A stretch of 62,000 nt of DNA, filler included, from Jimgerdemannia flammicorona (lineage: Eukaryota): NCBI GenBank assembly GCA_003990765.1. It is 3 parts of 3 records of this genome, joined end to end, with 100 filler letters (N's around TTAATTAATTAA, not from the genome) between each part and the next. Parts side by side here need not be neighbours in the genome. Positions count along the whole stretch, not along the records: positions 20,703 to 41,301 come from RBNJ01001637.1; positions 41,402 to 62,000 come from RBNJ01001638.1; 1 more part is not named here. One strand, given 5' to 3'. The notes beneath the pieces were generated by a model. It saw only the letters and a list, made by a program, of their open reading frames with translations, was not told the DNA's origin and did not search any database. The position numbers and the translations under genes were made by a program. Each line of letters starts with the position of its first letter. Position 1 is the first letter of the stretch. Positions 39,274 to 54,751 of this stretch are shown here, one piece after another.

Positions 39274-39879
39274 CTGTATAAGATATAATGACCAAAGATT
39301 AATTATAGATAGAAAATAGATAAATAAATATATATGAATAATAAATTAGTACCTATTACATAACTATAAACAATAAACATACTTTGGAGATTTAGTATGC
39401 ACTATATAATTCAGTATATTTTACATAAGTTTCAATTAAGCAAGATTTATAATAATTTTTTAACAAGGTTTATAGTACATTTGAGTGAGATTTGTAGTAA
39501 GCTTTATAGTAAGATTTAAGTGAGATTTGTAAGTAAGATTAAAGCAAGATTTGCAAATAGGATTAAAGTAAGATTTATAAGTAATGTTTGAGTAAAATTT
39601 ATATATATTTAAACAACATGTGGAAAGTAACAGATAGTAGAAAATATACTGAATAGTATGTAGAATATAGCAGGCAGTAAGTGGTACTGATAGTGGATTA
39701 TTTTATTCTGTCATTTTATAATAATTATATTATCAAATTCTATTCAATGGGATCAATTCTATCATATGAATTATATGATATATAAATTTGCCTACAGATG
39801 CCAATAAACTAAAGGATACTAGTTCTTATTATTTGAGATTTTTTTAGTAGTATTGTCTGTAAGACAGTACTGTAAAGAT

Positions 39880-40224
39880 TAGTACTTCCAACGAATGAAA
39901 TCGAATCGAATTTGGCCCAAACTTGATTCGATTTGATCAAATCAAGGGTCCAATTCGATTCGATTCAAATTGAATCAAAGGTCCAATTCAATTCGAAGTT
40001 TGATTTGAACCTTAATTTTCAAAATATAATAGCTTGACGAAAACTCATCCAAATTTAACGTATTTTAGCTTGTTAGATTCACCATATTAATGTGATTCTA
40101 ACAAGCTAAAGTACGTTAGATTTAGATGAGTTTATGCTGAGTTATTGCATTTTGAAAATTAGGGTTCAAATCAGACCCTCAATTTGATTCAATTTGAATT
40201 GATTCAACTCATTTGGGAGCACTA
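39880..40224. mobile_element. hAT-type MITE (345 bp)
   Basis: TIRs TAGTACTTCCAA / TTGGGAGCACTA. Perfect 8-bp TSD GTAAAGAT (39872-39879, 40225-40232). ATTCG-type subterminal repeats and a long internal palindrome. Confidence 0.92.
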
Positions 40225-41301
40225 GTAAAGATCATATTTTGCATCTATTAGATAAGCTTTAGTAGAGATAATTGCTTTATAATAAAGCTTTTTAAATTTG
40301 ATAACTTCTTCTATCTCAGAAATAGTATTAATAACTGAGATAGTTGAAGATCTTAAAGGAATGTTTTTATTTTTCTTTAGATAAATATTAGATATATATC
40401 CTATTTTTTTATAATAAAAATATTTGCTTTTTTTTTTTAAGTCTGTCTCTTTCTTCTGGAGAAAGTTTTTAAAAAGTAGATTTTTTAAGTATTAGAGTTT
40501 CTCTATTCCAATTCTTTTTTCTAGAGTCTTGATAGAATTTACTTAAAGTTTGCTCAGAGTTTTTTATATTATTTTGCTCTCTAATTTTAATCATGGTATA
40601 TAGTAGATACTGTTAAAACTATTCTTACTCTAGATATTACTTGTTTAAAGTACTATTGATCATGAGGACAGTCTGTAGAGATTTTAATTTTCTTGACTCT
40701 TCTGACTAACTATGGAGAAATACTTTGAAAAAAGTAATTTGCTCTAGTTTTATTTGAGATATTATTATTAGAATTATAAGAAAGTTCTAATATATTCAAG
40801 AAAGCTTCTATTCTTACTATAAAGACTTCTAGATTTTTTTTATTATATTCTTTCTATTTTATAGCTTCTAATTATACTCTTATATCTATAAGAAGTAAGA
40901 GACTTAAGCCTCCGCTACCTTACCGGTCACAAGGTTTGGTAGGCGACCTTCCGAGTCCCCTTTCCCCTAATATTACCCCCTCTACCTCGGGTTGGTTTGC
41001 TGTGCCTGCAGGGGCATGGTGGGAGGAGGGCAATGGTGGTGTGTTGTCCCTTTATCGGTGTCCGATCGGTGCTTTCTCCACTTTTTCGCGGATTCTGGTG
41101 CCTTCGGCTGCGTCTGGGGTGTACCCGTTTTGGTGCGGCGCTTTCTTCCTTTTGCCGTCGCCAACAAGGAGTTGTCTCGGTGTGTCTCGGGCTACGTAGG
41201 GAGTCGGCCGACCTTGGGCGTCAAGTGCTCAGTGTAGGTTACCTGCAGGTCTTCGGTGCCTGTGGTGGGGCCCTCTGGCTTTGGCGAGCTTCCCGGCGAG
41301 C

Positions 41302-41401
41302 NNNNNNNNNNNNNNNNNNNNNNNNNNNNNNNNNNNNNNNNNNNNTTAATTAATTAANNNNNNNNNNNNNNNNNNNNNNNNNNNNNNNNNNNNNNNNNNN
41401 N
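41302..41401. other. Artificial contig spacer (N44-TTAATTAATTAA-N44)
   Basis: Same linker as 20603-20702. Confidence 0.98.
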
Positions 41402-41415
41402 CCCCGGTTTTGTAG

Positions 41416-43069
41416 TACTGTCTTGAGCACGGTATTCAACCTGATGGCACCATCAGCGCCGACAACAAGACTGGTGACACTTCGTAAGCGTCACGATCTC
41501 AATCAGTCAGTCACTTTCTGAGTTTGAGCCATACACTCCCGAGTCAACAATAACCCCTCCGATTTTTCTTTTTTCCTTTTCCGGATGAATACAGCTTTGA
41601 CACCTTCTTTTCGGAGACTGGCAATGGCAAGCACGTTCCCCGTACCGTCATGATCGATTTAGAGCCCTCCGTTGTGGATGAGGTCCGTACTGGCACCTAC
41701 CGCCAGCTCTTCCACCCTGGTATGTTTCTTTTGGTGTGGAGGAGGGGGGGAGAGCTTCTTAGACGCTGTAGTATTATGTAAGGTGTAGCTGTGTCGAGAT
41801 TTTGTGATCATGCTATCAACGCCTAACCTAATAAACAGAGCAACTGATCACCGGCAAGGAGGACGCCGCCAACAACTACGCCCGTGGTCACTACACCGTT
41901 GGCAAGGAGCTCGTCGATTCCGTCCTCGATCGCATCCGCAAGCTAGCCGACAATTGTACTGGTCTCCAAGGCTTTCTCGTCTTCCACTCCTTTGGTGGTG
42001 GCACCGGTTCCGGCTTCGGCGCCCTCCTTCTCGAGCGTCTCTCGGTCGATTATGGCAAGAAATCCAAGCTCGAATTCTCAGTCTATCCTGCTCCCCAGGT
42101 TGCCACCTCAGTTGTTGAGCCCTACAACTCCATCCTTACCACCCACACTACCTTGGAGCACTCGGATTGCGCATTCATGGTTGACAACGAGGCCATCTAT
42201 GGTACGCCATTCAATTTATTGCTTGAGAATGAATCTTATGAATTCGTATGGAGGATAGAATAAGTCAACGCAAATTTGATGATCCCATTTCATTGGCTCA
42301 CGACATTAATTTATTTTGCCTACGACTCATTAATAATGCTCTACCAGACATTTGCCGTCGCAACCTCGACATCGAGCTTCCCACCTACACCAACCTGAAC
42401 CGGCTCATCGCCCAGGTCGTGTCCTCCATCACCGCCTCGCTTCGCTTCGACGGCTCGCTCAACGTCGATTTGAACGAATTCCAGACCAACTTGGTTCCCT
42501 ACCCCCGTATCCATTTCCCCCTTGTGACTTACGCCCCCATCATCTCCGCCGCCAAGGCCTACCACGAACAGCTCTCGGTCGCCGAGATAACCTCGGCTTG
42601 TTTCGAGCCTACAAACCAGATGGTCAAGTGCGATCCCCGCCACGGCAAGTACATGGCCTGCTGCCTGCTATATCGCGGCGACGTCGTCCCCAAGGACACC
42701 AGCGCCGCTATCGCTACCATCAAGACCAAGCGCACCATTCAGTTCGTCGATTGGTGCCCGACTGGCTTCAAGGTCGGAATCAACTACCAGCCCCCGACTA
42801 CCGTGCCCGGTGGCGATGTGGCTAAAGTTCAGCGCGCTGTCTGCATGCTGTCCAACACCACCGCCATCGCAGAGGCCTGGGCCCGTCTCGACCACAAGTT
42901 CGACCTCATGTATGCCAAGCGCGCCTTCGTCCACTGGTATGTCGGCGAGGGTATGGAGGAGGGTGAGTTCTCCGAGGCCCGCGAGGACTTGGCTGCCCTT
43001 GAGAAGGACTACGAGGAGGTCGGCTCCGACTCACTCGGCGAGAGCGAGACCGAGCCCGAAGACTACTGA
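41416..43069 (+). CDS. TUB1: Alpha-tubulin, 5'-partial; exons 41416-41483, 41595-41719, 41839-42201, 42348-43069
   Basis: [46 protein letters not shown]-terminus EPEDY. GT-AG introns restore the frame. Confidence 0.98.
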
Positions 43070-43344
43070 GCGATTCCTGTCGTCCAGCTTGCCATGATCG
43101 TTCTGGGTCTTCTCATGTAAAAGGGATATGGGTTCTTCTCCTGGAAAGCCCACTCGGTGAGCTCGGCGACGAACTTCTCCTGACTTGGCATATCTTCATG
43201 GAGTGGGAGTTACTGATGTGACCAATTCGCGTCGATAAGATGGACAGGGGAACGTGTGAATGCATGACAATCATGCATTCTTTGTGTGATTGTGCAGCTT
43301 TGAAAGAGCTGGCATGTAAATTTTTTTTAGAATCTCTCAAATAA

Positions 43345-43345
<1 letters not shown>

Positions 43346-43390
<45 letters not shown>
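43346..43390 (+). repeat. Poly(A) homopolymer (~45 nt)
   Basis: Directly visible. Confidence 0.9.
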
Positions 43391-43392
<2 letters not shown>

Positions 43393-43613
43393 CGAGTGGT
43401 TACCACAGATATTCGATTTGGGGGGGCAAGTGATGAAATGACGCCATATGATGGGAACAGAGTCACACGTGGTTCGTAAAAGACGCGTCTGGTTAATCCT
43501 ACGACCCTTGCCTTGGCGGCTGACCTTCATGTCGACATGTCGCCGCAACAAGCAGCAACGAATAGACACACCATCGTAACCATTCGCGTTTCCCTCCTTT
43601 GCAAGACAGCGGC

Positions 43614-46600
43614 ATGGCAATAGTAACGAACCACGAAACAGACATCACCGACCTGGTTCACGTTATCGAAATCCCTCCGGCCGTTCAGGGGGAAACGTTC
43701 ATCCATACCACCTCTGCCGGCCCGATTTACCACGGGCGCATGCGAAACGACGCAGCCCAAGGAGGTGTCGCGAAAATTTCAGACAGTGCCATTGTCGTAC
43801 CTTCGGAAAAGACATCGTTCAGTGCGATCGCCGTAGCCGTTTCTGCGGATGGGAGCCATCTGATATCGGTTTTGACCGAGACCGCGCTCGGCCTCGAGCC
43901 CAGTCGTCCCGTTATTGTCATCGTGTGGGTCGTCATAAAGCAAGGTGACAAACTAGTGTGCATGAAGAGCTTCGAGAGCGAGGCTGACGTTATTCTGTGC
44001 AATTCGTGCGCAGACGGCGCCGCCATCTCCAACGACGGGAAGCACATTGTACTGCCAATCGTCGGGGACTTCTTCAACCATGGTGCCATCTCCGTTGACG
44101 ATCTTGGTAGGATTCATGCGCCACAGCTCATCACCATACAATGCTTGGGCGCCTGCGCAACCTGGTTCACCTACGACGAATCAGAGATTCGACACCTCCT
44201 CTTCTCCGATCGGCAAGGAACGATACTGGTCTACAATAACGACTTTCGCACCATCCTACACTGCTATAATGAACACATGGCCTACTACCCGTTCATCGAC
44301 TGTCCGGGTAACACCTACAGGCTAGCCGAACAGTATTTCAAATCTCACCCAATAGACAACGACGGATGGGTTCAGCTACGCTCGATTCAGGACTCTCGCC
44401 TTGTGAATGAAGGAGAGGCCATGGACTACGCCATTTCCCAGGGGGACGAAAGACAATTGCTTGCCGAGTTACTACCCGGCCCTGTGCTAAGAGTCGTCTT
44501 CGTGGAAACTGGCGCCGTTTTGGCAGAGGTCAGCATCGCCAACGCCCGACGTTCGGACGGTTCATGTCTTCCCAAGCCACACTGGAAATTCGTGGGCTTC
44601 TCTCGTGACGACACTCAGCTGGTCCTGTTTGACGTTGGACCTGAATCCATCACGGTCTTATCCTGGGACTTCTACGAGACGTCCCGGCCCGCGACTCGCC
44701 CGCTACCGTTCTCCAAAGGCGATTCCGGCTCAGAACAGCGGGGTATCATGGCAGGCAGCGCACGACTTGCCGACTCTTGGTACGTATTTAGCGTGCGGGG
44801 GATGGAGCTTGTTTTGAATGGTTTGCGGACAGGCGAAGATGATGATGAGAACACTTCCGGAAGGGACTCCCCTATGAGATTTGACGGGAATTCGGCGTAC
44901 GAGATCACTCGTCTGTTGTACAAAACGTCTGTGTCTGGCGATCTCCAAGCCATTGACGCGCAGGAGTGCCGGGTGCAGATTTTATCGAACATTGAACAAT
45001 TTCCATTTCTGTTGAAACTCGGGATTCTCGGGGACGATTTCCAACTTCCTTACGTTAGCCGACCCTTGGTGGAAAGCAAAGCGGACGATCCCATCTACCG
45101 CCCTTGGACATCCGCCGAGCGGATTTTCATCAAAGACTTGGTTCGGAGATCAATGTACCTATCGCAAGTTTTGCCGTCGTCTTCGATGGTCGAGAGACAT
45201 GTGACGAATTTCATGGATTGCCTCTCTGAGGAAGAGAACGTGCTGATGCCGTATGTGGAGCGTAGCCTCATCACATCTCCAACGTACCTTCAATTTCTGA
45301 GCGTTTGCTTTGCACGGATATGCGAGCAAGCTCCGGCTACGGCTGTCACAATCCTTCGCGCGGCCTCATATACCCCAACGCCGTACAAAGTTGGAGTAGT
45401 GCCGGGGCGGTTTAAGCCGTACAGCTACCCTCGAGACTGTCGGAGCGGGCAAATCCAGTACGTGAACTCACCCGAGTTCGCCACGTTCGCCCATGGTGTC
45501 TTCGTTGTTGATCGTACGTATCTTTCATGGAGGTGCACGCGATACCTCGCTCAGTTTCTCTTGTATTGGATCTCCCTCTGGAGCCGGTTCTTGCCACAGC
45601 GGCAATCAACCTCGTTTCGCCAGTCGGTGTTGTGTGTCACTTCGATACCGGACTTCTGCAAATACGGGATCTCAATCTCCAGGAATGATGAGAACTGTCA
45701 GCCTCAGCAAAGCTTTTTCGGCACGAAATGGCCGGTACCCGAAAGCGCTTTCTCCGCCACTGTGGAACTGATGCGCGACAACGACGAAATATTTGGTCTG
45801 CCGTTTATGGAAGTTCTAATACTTTTCAAGTGGCGGACGTTCGCCCGGCATCGGTGGATCACAGCTCGCTTGGTACCCCTGATCGCCATTTACATTATCT
45901 TCCTCATCGCCATCACATTGCCTGGTGGAAGCGACTCGAAAGTGGCCTCTGGGCTGATGGTCCTCGTTCTCCTTTACAACATTGTGCGACTTGCTCAAGA
46001 ATCCTGGCAGCTGGTTCATTCTGGACGCAGATATATTGCGTCGCTCTATAATTTGTTCGATCTTGTCGTTTTGGGTTTCACTACCGCCACTGCGGTCCTC
46101 GTTATCCGAAGTATTCCATCCACGCCGAAAGAGGGTTGGGTCGTGACGGTCACCATTCTACTCGTGTGGTTTCACACCTTGCTGCAGCTCCGAGTATTCA
46201 GGCCTGTTAGAATGTACATCTACGCCACGGTGGCGTTGCTCAAGCATGTGGTGGCTTTCCTGACGATCCTGGGTGCCGTTGTGTTTGGTATGCGTCTCGA
46301 TGATGTATTTAAATATTCTTTCTAACAATTTATAAATTTGGCATAACATATTTAACAAACATTATTATTCTCCAACGGCACTAGCATCTTCAAATGCCTT
46401 ATACATGTATCTTTGCCCGAAGATACCATCCGTAGGTAACATTTTCAACGGCACACTTTCTGACGGCATGGCCTTTGCGATGACCGAGCCGGTCGACGAC
46501 ACCATCATGTTCGCGCGGTTCCACCAATCCCTCAAAGCTGTCTACATGTTCCTGACAGGCGACTATCCCTCCACTGCCTCCTGGGGCGGCGACCCAATGA

Positions 46601-47055
46601 TCGACACTCTCAAGATTGCGTTTTTCATCCTCACCACGCTCGTCATGTTCAATACCTTCATAGCGATCGTCAGCGACCTCTCCAACAGAAACACGGAAGA
46701 AAACCGACGCCGCTGGATTCGCGAACTCGCCGAGATGGTCGTGGGAATCGAACGCACATTGCTGTGGCCGTCGGAGAGAGAGAACCCAGCTTATTTCCCG
46801 CGGTTTGTTTACTATGAGGCCGATCCAAATAAGGTTGAGGTGTGGAGAAACCGCGACGCGGAGTGGTTGCCGGAGGCCAAGTCGGCCGAAATCTACGAGT
46901 TGCGAGAGCTCGTAACCAAGATGGAGAAGACACACAGGAAGCACCTGGATGATATTGGGGCGAAGTTGGATAAGCTCGCGAAACCAAAGGGCAACCGAGA
47001 TCCTGGAAATTGCGACGGCCGAAAACGGACGGTGCCGTCTGGCTCTTCGGCATAG
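43614..47055 (+). CDS. TRP-like cation channel with a large beta-rich (propeller-like) N-terminus; exons 43614-46287 and 46385-47055
   Basis: Pre-S1 LILFKWRTF, about six hydrophobic helices, YNLFDL (S3), LRVFR (S4), pore AVYMFLTGD, S6 VMFNTFIAIVSD, TRP-helix-like WIRELAEMVVGIE...YFPRFVYY, and a C-terminal coiled coil. The intron joins the two ORFs in frame. Confidence 0.85.
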
Positions 47056-47949
47056 ACTGGTACGCGGATGGTTCATTATTGGGGAGTTTGCTCTCCTCTG
47101 GTCTAGAACACACAGAACTTCAGCCTCCCCCCTCGTGGCAATATCAATATCAAAATATGATGGTTGTTCTTTACGCCTCCCCTTTGTCGTTGTATTTCTT
47201 TGTAGTTTAATAGTTGTTTCCCCCATACTACCACACCTTCATTCTTCTGAGTCTTCATTTCCGAATGACGTGCTCTCATTGCCGTATAATGAGAATGTTG
47301 CCAGCCTTTGATAGTTTAATAGTTGCTAGTGAAGTTCACATGTCCAATTAAGGATTTATTCACCGTCTGTTTACTGAGGCGAATCACAGAAGGTAATTCA
47401 TGACTGAGTACGAGATACATTTGTCGTCCCTCCCCGCCTTTAATCTTAAGGGGGAGCAGTGAAAGGTAAGGAAGGAATGCTACACAGCTTCCCGTCGCCT
47501 TTACCCCGCCGAGCTCATTACCTCCGTAATTTCCGCTTTCATAACCCTTCGTCCGATTTAATACACGACTACCCGTTATTATACATCATACTAACGTCAT
47601 TTCCTTCAACCTCCAGCATCCCATACAGCCACATACGCATACTGTCTTCGCTGCATTTTTCAAGTTACAATATCATCTTTCCCACCCGAACCGACCGAAC
47701 GCGTTCTTTCAGCACACCTTGCTATTTCCGGACATCGCACGCCCGGTACCTCTCCTTTAACACGACGTTCATCCATTGTCGTACCTTCCCACAAGCTTGA
47801 GATTGGTTTATTGGGTGAGTCTCATGTCACGTGATACACATATCTGTCTCTTTATATCAGATTTGTACAGTTTCCGTCATCATATTCAAACGCAATACCT
47901 AAATATTGCTCACTCAGGCCGCTGCGGCAATACGCGCGGTTGACGACGC

Positions 47950-48468
47950 TCAAGCAATTCTCTCCAACATCTTCCTGACGATCTCGTGCGCGCGATTCAG
48001 CTCCTACAATAAGACCAAGCAGAGAACGGATTCGCAATGCCTATGAGCATAGGATCAGGAAATTTTGCCATACAATGACGATTATCCCCGCCCTACACAA
48101 TTCCCAAAGACAAATTCTCACCTCGGTCACCTCAGCCTCGCCGGGGATCTCGTACGGATCCTTGAGTAGGGAATTTTGGTTCTGATGCTGCCGTACGGGC
48201 TCGATGTACCCCTCGCGGTATCTTTCGTCGATATGGTGCAGCTTGTTCTATCGACGGGCGATAGTTTCGTGGTAAGCGAGATGGAAAAGGCGCATTAATT
48301 TACCACAACGACGAATTGAATCGAAAAAGAGATACATGCTGGAGGGCCTACCTGCCAATGCCTCACGTCATCCTCGTTAAACTTGCCAGACTGCTCCAAG
48401 TTGTTAAGACCGTCGAGCACAACGGTGATCTGCTCGTGGATTGGTTCGAGTTCTTTGGAGATAGGCAT
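47950..48468 (-). CDS. 98-aa helical protein resembling one repeat of DUF2408 (yeast Cub1/YPL260W); exons 48468-48352, 48247-48122, 48003-47950
   Basis: Three phase-0 exons with GT-AG introns give MPISKELEPIHEQI...DVRHWQNKLHHIDERYREG...PGEAEVTEELNRAHEIVRKMLERIA*. Absent from the ORF track. The family call is from recalled motif pattern. Confidence 0.75.
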
Positions 48469-49038
48469 TGCTTAAAGTGTTGTTTGTCGTTTTTGTGCTT
48501 TGGGGAAAGAATTGAGTGAATAAAGCTAATGGGGTTTTTAAATCTACGCGTGTGGCGTGAGTAAGGGAGGTCATGTGACGAGCGGCAGAAGTTTGAGACA
48601 TCAGGTCTGGAAGCTTCCTGAGGAAGGATTGGCGTGCAGCACATTTACGTATATAGCCACGAGGAGTTCGGTGGGCGGCTTATGTTCAAACGAGCCAAAC
48701 CATTTCCAACATGGGTTAATGGTGCCTTTTCACGCGCGAATCCGTGTTTGTATCAAACAAAATTCTTCCCACGACGGAAGGAAGTGTGTGATTCCCACAA
48801 TGTATATACCTAATTATCCCGTATTGACCTTTATAGCATGTTCGTCGGATGGCTCACACTTTTTTTTTTTTTTTTTCGTTCTGTTAACATGTTCAGTGGT
48901 CTCATACATTAGCCTATCGCTTAATGCACATTATTCCCCGTATCTGTATATTGGTTATCAATCTTTTTCGTGATCCCACTCCCTCCCGTCTGGCAATCCC
49001 ACTTCTGTGACAATTTCTGTGACAATTTAACCGAATCA

Positions 49039-49944
49039 TTAAAGCTCCATCTCATACGCCAGATATTCGTACCCCTGAAGTATGAGCTTCCTCTTCAGGA
49101 TCACGAATCCCGCCTTCTCCAGCGACTGCCGCTGCTCCATCTGCACTGTCGTCAGATTGATGGCAAACAGCTTGCTCAGCTTGTGTCCGCGTGCCCAGCG
49201 GACCGACTCGGCTATAAGCGCGTCCATCACTCCCTGGGAAACGTATTTGGGGTTGACCACCAAACGGCGCAGCTCACCAATACGATGTTTCGAGTCAGTC
49301 GATGGGATTTCCTTGTACTCTAAGCCAACGCTACCAACGACATCGTTTGAAGCCGTGTCAACGCATACCCAAAAGTTGGATGGTGTGATAGCGACATAGA
49401 ATGTACTTGTGCTGATTGTTTTAACTGCGTCCTCTTTATCTTGATCGTCTTCCCCCTTTCCGCCCCCCTCTTTCTTCACATCACTCTCCGGCTCCAGCCT
49501 AAAACTCGTCGCCACATCCTTCAACTCACCCTCCAGTGCAGTCTTAATGTTTTCTCTGAATCCAATCCTGAAAAACCACCACAACATTACTGGGATGGTA
49601 ACCGTCCACAACGACACCGATATGATAGTCATCTCCACCGAGTACGCCTTAAACATCTGCACACGATTGAAAAGGAACATCAATATGTTGATGACGATGC
49701 CGAATGCAATGACGTAAATTTTTGCAACGTTGGGGTGGAAGAGCAGCGATTTCACGGCGCGCCAGGACTGGCCCTTGTATGAGGACGAGTGCAGCCTGTG
49801 AAGGGATGGGCAATCGGAGGGGCGGAAGGTGCGGATGACCAGGTTGGGATCGAGTTGTGTAATGGCGGTGGATGGATCACTATCAGTACGAGTGGTAGAA
49901 GTGGGTTTAGCGAGCTGGGAAGCCTTTACATCTTTGCGCGGCAT
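49039..49944 (-). CDS. Membrane-anchored GNAT N-acetyltransferase (NAT8/Camello-like), intronless
   Basis: VIRTFRPSD, two TM helices, NFWV...VVGSVGL...GELRRLVVNPKYVSQGV...LEKAGF. The start may be upstream at 50019. Confidence 0.85.
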   Translation of the reverse strand: MPRKDVKASQLAKPTSTTRTDSDPSTAITQLDPNLVIRTFRPSDCPSLHRLHSSSYKGQSWRAVKSLLFHPNVAKIYVIAFGIVINILMFLFNRVQMFKAYSVEMTIISVSLWTVTIPVMLWWFFRIGFRENIKTALEGELKDVATSFRLEPESDVKKEGGGKGEDDQDKEDAVKTISTSTFYVAITPSNFWVCVDTASNDVVGSVGLEYKEIPSTDSKHRIGELRRLVVNPKYVSQGVMDALIAESVRWARGHKLSKLFAINLTTVQMEQRQSLEKAGFVILKRKLILQGYEYLAYEMEL

Positions 49945-50096
49945 GATGGAATGGAGTGAAGGTTGGAGACATGCAGAGCCGCGTTCCAAATCTTTGGAAA
50001 AATGCCTGTCACATGACATAATTATATATCCAGAAAGATGAATTACTATAAATTACTTCTTTATTGTATTACTATTAATACTCGGGCAATCCCCGT

Positions 50097-51376
50097 TCAG
50101 GTCCGCGTTTCTTCCAGCTCATCATACTCCGGCAACCCCCTTTCTTCTTCAACTTCATACTCTATCTCTGCCAACGATCGGGCCGATCTCTTGAACTCCT
50201 GATATCGTGGACTGCATGCGCAATGAAATCCATCCAACGTCTCCCCCGAAGCCGAATATTTCGGAAGCGCAATATAATCATCCACGGCCCGACAACTCAG
50301 CACGCGCAATGCTGCTCTCAGATTGAACTCACGTGTCACCCGCGAACCCGGTGGTTCCGACCACTCCTCGGGCGCCGGCGCCGTCAACTTGAGCTTGAGC
50401 TGAAGCTGATGTTCGACAATTAGGTTGGGGTACGACTTGATGCTCGGACTCAGACCGTTCCCGCAACCGGGCACCATGAATTCGGCTCGCCCTTCCCATT
50501 CCCCGTTCGTCCCGTCCAATTCGGCTTTCTTGAGCCACGTGCCGTCCCGCTGCTTCAGCGAAACCTCCGTGATCTCTTCTTTCCTCCGAGCTTGGCCTGT
50601 GTCGGCGCCCTTCTCATGCGACCGCTTCTCCACCATGTTCACCTCCAGACCCTCGAAGATCAACCCTTGAAGCCTTGCTGAAACCTTCACTACAACTGGA
50701 GCCACCATCCCCATGACGACCGTCGCCTTCTCCAATAGGATCTGGATATTCGCCACACCGGGTGCGGAATGATTCACCACGAATGTCTGTTCCGCGTTAG
50801 CTTCATCCGCCGAGGGCACGCGAATTACACAAATGTCGCGTCTGGTGCGCAAAATCGGGTTAGACAACCAACGAGAGCCAATGCGGTGGAGGTTGGCGAA
50901 CAAACTGTGGGTGACAGCGATGCCTTGTTTATCAAACTCAATAGTTTCGGTGAGGCTATTTGGAAGCGAAAGCTCGAAAGTGTAGCGGTGCTTGCCGGCA
51001 GGAAGGTGGATCGGGGTGTCTGACGGAGCAGTCAGGACAGTGATATATTGGGTATGTAATATTTTATCGGCGGCTTTACGGAGGCTGACTCCTATAAGAT
51101 GCGATTGCAATGTTACCAAACCAATCGTACATGCAGCAACAGCCATTATTAGTTCATCGGAAAGGTTCGCTTGCCATCCGAATGCTCCTTCGCTCTTCCA
51201 ACAAGCTGCAACCTCAACAAAGTCACAGACGACGCCTTTGCCAACTCGAGCACGAGTTCTCCGCACAGTAAGGAGGTGGTGGGCTCCGTGGGGTCCCCTC
51301 TCAAGTACACGATAGGGCCTGTGATCAGATGTACCGAAAGCTGCTTCTTGCGAATGCGAAAATTGAACAGCTTCAT
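50097..51376 (-). CDS. Alpha-arrestin (arrestin-related trafficking adaptor); one GC-AG intron 51092-51174
   Basis: Arrestin-N pattern VYLRG...LLCGELVL...LPAGKHRYTFELSLPNSLTETI, arrestin-C region, and C-terminal LPKY and LPEY motifs. Confidence 0.88.
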
Positions 51377-51569
51377 GATATGGTATGCGTCGTGGTGGAC
51401 ATGAGGCGACGATTTGACAGTTCTATGGTTTTGGCCACGACGAACGTGGCCACATTCATTTTGGAAAGTCCGTGCCCACACGTCACCCAGAACTTTTTTG
51501 ATTTTCCACCCGCCGCCCCCCGCATCCCCCTCCTAAACCACCTACCCCTCCTAAACCACCTACCCCTCA

Positions 51570-54390
<2,821 letters not shown>

Positions 54391-54751
54391 AGATTTAGAG
54401 AATAGATGGGAAGAGGAGTGGAATTTTGAGATGGAGGTTGGTTGATCGGATCAAAGGAGCCACATGATTTTAAGCTTGTGGAAAAATTGATGTTCCGCAA
54501 TTTCATTTTTTTTTTTTTGGAATCCATGTGATTAAACGCGCCTTTTATTGAAGTTACATGGATGCGCGGTGGTACTAGATGTTCTTTTTGTTTTATTTTT
54601 GTTGACCTTATGGCCCACTTCGGCCGGAAACGGCACGATGATCGCGTTCTCTCATGACAATCATGTGAGGCATCTAAATACGCAGTCATTCACAAGATTA
54701 GGAGTAAATGATATATACTTCCGTGTAATAGAAAAACTATGTACCCACCCG

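Noticed and set aside
40240..40900. Possible old LINE ORF2 remnant on the minus strand
   Set aside because: Too degraded to support a call by eye.
1..41301. Stop-codon reassignment or readthrough to explain the many in-frame stops
   Set aside because: The stops are of all three types and map to C-to-T/G-to-A changes, and the host genes use the standard code.
46399..47226. 275-aa minus-strand ORF and similar overlapping ORFs (for example 55067-55684)
   Set aside because: Antisense shadows of GC-rich coding exons with no recognisable motifs.
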